DNA of 31,500 nucleotides from Synergistales bacterium Syner_01 (GTDB lineage Bacteria; Synergistota; Synergistia; Synergistales; Aminobacteriaceae): contig LVBO01000142.1 of the NCBI GenBank assembly GCA_001604435.1, positions 1 through 31,500 on the forward strand, written 5' to 3'. Under the pieces are notes generated by a model. The model was not told where the DNA came from. It did not search any database and saw nothing but the letters and a program-made list of their open reading frames with translations. The translations under genes and the position numbers were made by a program. Shown here one piece after another: positions 26,946 to 31,500 of the stretch; the first letter of the stretch is position 1; every line of letters begins with the position of its first letter.

Positions 26946-27595
26946 TGACGGGAAGAAGACGGGTCGGACTGATCCGCGTGCTTTCCACGACTGATATGAA
27001 GTTGCTCGGATTGCACGGCGAGATCATCATGGAACGATTCCCCGGACTGGATGTATGTTCCGTTTGCATACCGGATCAGCCCGAGGGAGTTTATGACGAG
27101 GAAACCGAGATGCTTGCCGTTCCGAAAGTGGTTTTGCTCGCGCAAGCAATGGAGTTGGATGGTATGGACGCTGTGATCGTAAGTTGCTTCGGCGATCCCG
27201 GAGTTACCCAAGCAGCCGCCTTGCTGAATATCCCGGTGATCGGAGCCGGCCGGGCCTCGGCGTCTATTGCGCGATCTCTGGATGTCCCGACAGGAGTGCT
27301 TGGTCTCATTCCGGAGATTCCTGAAGGCGCGAAAATCGTGCTGGGAGAGCGGTTGCTTTCGAATATCGTGCCGGAAGGGGTTGTTTCCACTCTCGACCTG
27401 ATGACGCCGAAGGGAAAGTCGTCGGTGCTGGAGGCGGGAATGAAACTAAAAAAGGCGGGCGCGAAGGCGCTCCTTTTAGGGTGTACCGGTATGTCGACCA
27501 TCGGCGCCGCACAACTGCTGAGAGAGACGTTGAAGATGCCGGTGGTCGACCCTGTTCGATCGGCCGGCGCGGTCGTGCGGGCTCTTATGGAATGA
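26945..27595 (+). CDS. Asp/Glu/hydantoin racemase family protein
   Basis: Two-Cys motifs VSCFGDPG and LGCTGM, PVVDPV; TAATG coupling to OPT. Confidence 0.9.
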   Translation: MTGRRRVGLIRVLSTTDMKLLGLHGEIIMERFPGLDVCSVCIPDQPEGVYDEETEMLAVPKVVLLAQAMELDGMDAVIVSCFGDPGVTQAAALLNIPVIGAGRASASIARSLDVPTGVLGLIPEIPEGAKIVLGERLLSNIVPEGVVSTLDLMTPKGKSSVLEAGMKLKKAGAKALLLGCTGMSTIGAAQLLRETLKMPVVDPVRSAGAVVRALME

Positions 27596-27614
27596 AAGAG
27601 GGGAGTGCTGCCGC

Positions 27615-28703
27615 ATGTCCGAAATGATTATCACGGAAGCGATCGCCGAAGCCGCGATTCTGGGAGGCGCTGTTCTCGGAGGCGGCGGAGGAGGAGGAAT
27701 GTCCAATGGAAGGAAAAACTATCGGGAAGCTCTTTCCTTGGGAGACGTTCGACTTGTGGATGTCGACGATATCCCGGCGGATACTCTTTTGATCACAGCC
27801 TCCGCAGTGGGAGCCCCTGCCGCGGAGGAAGCGCATGTCGGAAAAGAGGGCTATCTGCGTGTAATCGATCTTCTCATCAAGAACGGCTGTCCGAAGCCGG
27901 GCGGATTTATACCCAACGAATGCGGCGGCAGTTCGATCACCAACGGGTGGATACCCGCGGCTCTTATGGGGCTTCCCGTAGTAGACGCCCTCTGCAACGG
28001 CAGGGCGCATCCCACCGGAACGATGGGATCGATGGGGCTTCATAGAAAACCGAACTATGTCTCTCGTCAATCCGCGGCGGGAGGCAACCCCGAGAAGGGG
28101 GCGTACCTCGAGATATATGTTGAAGGAACGCTGGAGTCAACGGCGGCCCTTGTACGTGCGGCGGCGGACAAAGCCGGAGGGCTTGTGGCGGTGGCGCGCA
28201 ATCCCGTCGACGCGGCCTTCGTGAAAAAGAACGGCGCATGCGGAGCCCTCAAGCAGGCGATACGACTTGGCGAGCGCATGCTAAACGCTGCGCACGGAGG
28301 AGGAGAACAGGTTGTCTCCCGAGTCGTAGAATATCTCGGAGGAACTATCGTGACAAGGGGCGAGGTGTTCTCTCTGGAGCTAGTCACCAAGGGCGGTTTC
28401 GACTCGGGAATCATCGCGATAGGCGACTGCGGGACCACGTTCTGGAATGAGTTTATGACCCTGGAACGAAGGGGAGAGCGCCTGGGGACTTTCCCCGATC
28501 TTATCATGACGCTCCGCGGGGAAGACGGACTTCCGGTCACGACGGCGGAGCTGCGAAAAGGACAGGATGTCTTTCTGATCCATGTGCCTTCGGAAAAACT
28601 CATCCTGGGAGAGGGAATGCGCTGCGCGGAGCTGATGCGAAGCATCGAGTCCGTAGTGGAAAAGGAGATTCTTCCGTATATCGGAAGCGTTCTTCGAACA
28701 TGA
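27615..28703 (+). CDS. DUF917 family protein
   Basis: GGAVLGGGGGG, SAVGAP, NECGG, DALCNGRAHPT, TFPDLI motifs. Confidence 0.85.
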   Translation: MSEMIITEAIAEAAILGGAVLGGGGGGGMSNGRKNYREALSLGDVRLVDVDDIPADTLLITASAVGAPAAEEAHVGKEGYLRVIDLLIKNGCPKPGGFIPNECGGSSITNGWIPAALMGLPVVDALCNGRAHPTGTMGSMGLHRKPNYVSRQSAAGGNPEKGAYLEIYVEGTLESTAALVRAAADKAGGLVAVARNPVDAAFVKKNGACGALKQAIRLGERMLNAAHGGGEQVVSRVVEYLGGTIVTRGEVFSLELVTKGGFDSGIIAIGDCGTTFWNEFMTLERRGERLGTFPDLIMTLRGEDGLPVTTAELRKGQDVFLIHVPSEKLILGEGMRCAELMRSIESVVEKEILPYIGSVLRT

Positions 28704-28725
28704 AAAAGGAGATGGGGTTCTCATC

Positions 28726-29688
28726 ATGTCCATGAAATATGCAATGGAAGCCTATGAAATGTTGGATAGCCCTTCGGTGTCCGGCGAATCGGTCAAGTCC
28801 GCTCTTGTCGGAGCGGGTGTGAAAGAACGCGACATAACGGTGAAGACCGTTCGAGGACCGAAAGGACATACGGATTTTGTCAAGGTCTGGATACCGGGAG
28901 CGAAAGGGAAGCGCAGCGGAGGAGTCGCCCCCACGCTCGGTATCGTCGGAAGACTCGGCGGGATCGGCGCGCGCCCGGAGAGGATCGGGCTTGTTTCGGA
29001 CGGCGACGGCGCCGTCTCCGCGATCGCGACGGCGATGAAGTTGGGGCGTATGGCGAGTATCGGCGACAGTCTCGAAGGGGACGTCTTCGTTTCGACGCAC
29101 GTATGTCCGAACGCCCCTACTCGTCCGCACGATCCCGTTCCGTTTATGGATTCGCCGATCGATATGATGATCGCGAACGGGGAGGAGATGAGCGACGAAC
29201 TCGACGCCGTCCTGTCCATCGATACCACGAGAGGGAACAGGGTAATCAATCATAAGGGGTTCGCGATCTCCGCGACGGTAAAAGAAGGGTACATTCTCAG
29301 AGTGAGCGAGGACCTTCTATCATTGATGACCTCCGTTACCGGGAAACTTCCAGTCGTCCTTCCGATCACCATGCAGGACATAACGCCCTACGGGAACGAC
29401 GTGTATCATTTGAACAGCATTCTCCAGCCGTGCACCGCCACGAAAGCTCCGGTAGTGGGCGTCGCGCTGACGTCGGAATCGGCCGTCCCCGGGTGCGCCA
29501 CAGGAGCGTCGCATATTGTCGATATCGAACTTGCGGTTCGTTTCGTCGTCGAGGTTGCCAAGTATTTTGGCGAAGGGAAGGCGAAGTTCTTCAACGAGAA
29601 AGATTTTTCGCGTCTGGTAGAACTTTACGGTCCGATGACGCATCTGCAGACGATGGGAAAAAACGGGAAGCAGCCGCAGAAACTATGA
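28726..29688 (+). CDS. DUF1177 family protein
   Basis: TDFVKV, GRLGGIGARP, VSDGDGA, HDPVPFM, SIDTTRGNR, QDITPYGN, HLNSILQP, GCATGASH. Confidence 0.87.
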   Translation: MSMKYAMEAYEMLDSPSVSGESVKSALVGAGVKERDITVKTVRGPKGHTDFVKVWIPGAKGKRSGGVAPTLGIVGRLGGIGARPERIGLVSDGDGAVSAIATAMKLGRMASIGDSLEGDVFVSTHVCPNAPTRPHDPVPFMDSPIDMMIANGEEMSDELDAVLSIDTTRGNRVINHKGFAISATVKEGYILRVSEDLLSLMTSVTGKLPVVLPITMQDITPYGNDVYHLNSILQPCTATKAPVVGVALTSESAVPGCATGASHIVDIELAVRFVVEVAKYFGEGKAKFFNEKDFSRLVELYGPMTHLQTMGKNGKQPQKL

Positions 29689-30545
29689 AATGTCAGTTCA
29701 CGCTCACTGTATCGGAAGGAAAGCGCTTGATCGCCAAAGGAATCGCTTCTCTTCCCTCGCTACGAAAAGCGCTCGACGGAGGATTGATTCTGCTGAAGGG
29801 CGGTACTACGGTCTCCGCTCTTTCGGAAGAGCTGTGCGGCCGGCCTCTGCGTATTTCCGGGAGGATCACCCCCCGCGGTACGGTTTCGTCGGGAAGTTCC
29901 GATGTCGAGGATGCGCACTCGATTTTGTTACGGAAAGGCGTACCGGAAAAGGCGGACGGTCGTCTGGCGGAGATAGGAAGAGAAATGGGGCCGGACGACG
30001 TTGCCGTCTGCGGCGCGAACCTTGTCGATCATGATGGGAACGCCGTAATGATGGCGGGACGCGATTTGTGCGGCGAACCCGGGAGCGTGATCCCGTCGCT
30101 TGAGTCGGAGGGGGTTCTCTGTATGGTGGCAGCGGGGCTGGAGAAATTCTCTCCCTACCCTGTGAGGGAATCATGCCACTTTGCGGGGCGGAAGTCTTCT
30201 TCATGGGCAATGGGAATGGCGGTAGGACTCGTCCCCGTTCCGGGAAGGGTTTTTTCGGAGATGGATGCTCTCCTCGCGCTGGGAGCAGATCGCTGCATGC
30301 TCGTCGGGCGCGGCGGTATTTGCGGCGCGGAGGGGGCGTCGACGTTCGTGGTCGAGGGGGACGCACGGCGGTTGAAGGAACTTCTGAAGCTTGTCCTTTC
30401 TCTGAAGGGGGCGGAAGAAAGCGGGAGTCGGTCTTCTCTGACCGAGTGTATTCATTGCGGCCCCAACAGGACGACGCATCTAGCGTGTATCTACGGAGGT
30501 TGCGCAGAGGAGGAAGGATCATGGAAAGGCGTATCGGTACGGTGA
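29685..30545 (+). CDS. Conserved hypothetical protein, Cys-rich C-terminus
   Basis: ATGA overlap with DUF1177 stop; LTVSEGKRLIAK, KGGTT, GANLVD, GLEK, MGMAVGL, GAEGA; ECIHC...HLACIYGGC. Confidence 0.8.
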   Translation: MKCQFTLTVSEGKRLIAKGIASLPSLRKALDGGLILLKGGTTVSALSEELCGRPLRISGRITPRGTVSSGSSDVEDAHSILLRKGVPEKADGRLAEIGREMGPDDVAVCGANLVDHDGNAVMMAGRDLCGEPGSVIPSLESEGVLCMVAAGLEKFSPYPVRESCHFAGRKSSSWAMGMAVGLVPVPGRVFSEMDALLALGADRCMLVGRGGICGAEGASTFVVEGDARRLKELLKLVLSLKGAEESGSRSSLTECIHCGPNRTTHLACIYGGCAEEEGSWKGVSVR

Positions 30546-31195
30546 CGATAGGGCAATCGCCTCGAGTGGACGTTATTCCCGAGATTGCCGAAATTTTAGG
30601 AACCGATGTCGAAATAGTGGAGGCGGGGGCGCTCGACGGGCTTTCGAGGGAGGAAATCGCCGGAATGGCTCCTTCGAAGGGGGATTATGTTCTCGTCACG
30701 CGCCTCGCCGACGGCGCCTCCGTACAGGTTGCGGAGCGGTACATCACACCGCGTATTCATCGGAAGATCGACGAGCATTTTCACAATGGCATACAGTTGG
30801 TTCTGTTGTTGTGCACAGGGGAGTTCCCCGGTTTCGAAACGGGAGGTCTGCTTATCCGTCCGCAGAAAGTGCTGTTCAATGCAGTTGCGGCAGTGGCGGA
30901 GGGGTTGCGGCTGGGTATTCTGACGCCGTCCGGGGAACAGATCGAACAATCGGAGCATAGGTGGGGTGTTCTGGCGAAAGATGTTCGCGCCGTTCCCTCC
31001 TCCCCGTACAGCGACGCAATGGAGCAGGCCGCGAACGCTGCGCGTGCTCTCGATGAGTGGGGGGCGCAGATTATAGTTATGGACTGTATCGGCTATACGG
31101 GGGAGATGCGGAAGCTGGTCAGGGAGATTACGGGCAAGCCGGTTGTGTTGGCGCGGGGAATCGTGGCCCGGACAGTCGCGGAACTGCTTGAATGA
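30521..31195 (+). CDS. AroM family protein
   Basis: TIGQSPRVD, EAGALDGL, LVTRL.DG, LLCTGEF, MDCIGY; SD GAGGAGG. Confidence 0.9.
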   Translation: MERRIGTVTIGQSPRVDVIPEIAEILGTDVEIVEAGALDGLSREEIAGMAPSKGDYVLVTRLADGASVQVAERYITPRIHRKIDEHFHNGIQLVLLLCTGEFPGFETGGLLIRPQKVLFNAVAAVAEGLRLGILTPSGEQIEQSEHRWGVLAKDVRAVPSSPYSDAMEQAANAARALDEWGAQIIVMDCIGYTGEMRKLVREITGKPVVLARGIVARTVAELLE

Positions 31196-31220
31196 AATCG
31201 ACCCGGGAGGATTGAGAAGA

Positions 31221-31500
31221 ATGGATTTCATAACCGTCGCGAAGCGTCTTTTAACGGATAACATGGGCCTGCGGCCCACGGAATCTCTACTCGTCGTGTA
31301 CGATGAAACGACGCTCCGCATCGGAGAAAGTCTTTTCGAGGCGGGAACGATGCTGGGAGCTCGTTCTTTGGCTCTGCGCATACCGCTGCTCGCGAAGAAC
31401 GGCGAAGAGCCCTTTCGGATCGTTGCAGGAGCGATGGAGGAGTCGGATGTTGTCGTCGCGGCTACGGAGAAATCTCTGACGCATACTCGAGCCAGAAAGA
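31221..31500 (+). CDS. M29-like / leucyl aminopeptidase family protein, 3' truncated by window
   Basis: Own translation: MDFITVAKRLLTDNMGLRPTESLLVVYD...KNGEEP...AMEESDVVVAATEKSLTHTRARK; GGAGG SD; not in the ORF track because it has no stop in the window. Confidence 0.8.
   Translation, partial: MDFITVAKRLLTDNMGLRPTESLLVVYDETTLRIGESLFEAGTMLGARSLALRIPLLAKNGEEPFRIVAGAMEESDVVVAATEKSLTHTRARK

Noticed and set aside
1-31500. CRISPR array, IS elements, defence systems, prophage genes
   Set aside because: No regularly spaced repeats, transposase, cas, nuclease or phage structural motifs seen on reading

Overview
GC-rich chromosomal segment of an anaerobic bacterium (gene families suggest Synergistota; this is inference). 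It has about 27 CDS and four tRNAs (partial Cys-GCA, Asn-GTT, Glu-CTC, Gln-CTG). Left and middle part: small ORF, REC-GGEEF diguanylate cyclase, MarR-GNAT fusion, B12 radical SAM enzyme, TPP riboswitch plus thiT, mutY, glgB, EamA, Fe-S aldo/keto reductase, AlkD-like glycosylase, two tandem paralogous multi-PAS histidine kinases, and a class IV aminotransferase-lemA-htpX-acyP-AbrB run. Right part: a candidate 6S-like RNA, an M23 peptidase, a secreted DUF2993-like/permuted NlpC-P60 fusion, a flavodoxin-fold pair, and the most interesting element, a lower-GC, tightly coupled catabolic operon of largely unknown function. That operon reads PucR regulator, OPT transporter, Asp/Glu/hydantoin racemase, DUF917, DUF1177, unknown Cys-rich protein, AroM, M29-like aminopeptidase (runs off the window), with a candidate PucR operator overlapping the end of the regulator gene. 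No integrase, transposase or CRISPR array was seen. Family assignments are from motif recognition only, with no database searches.
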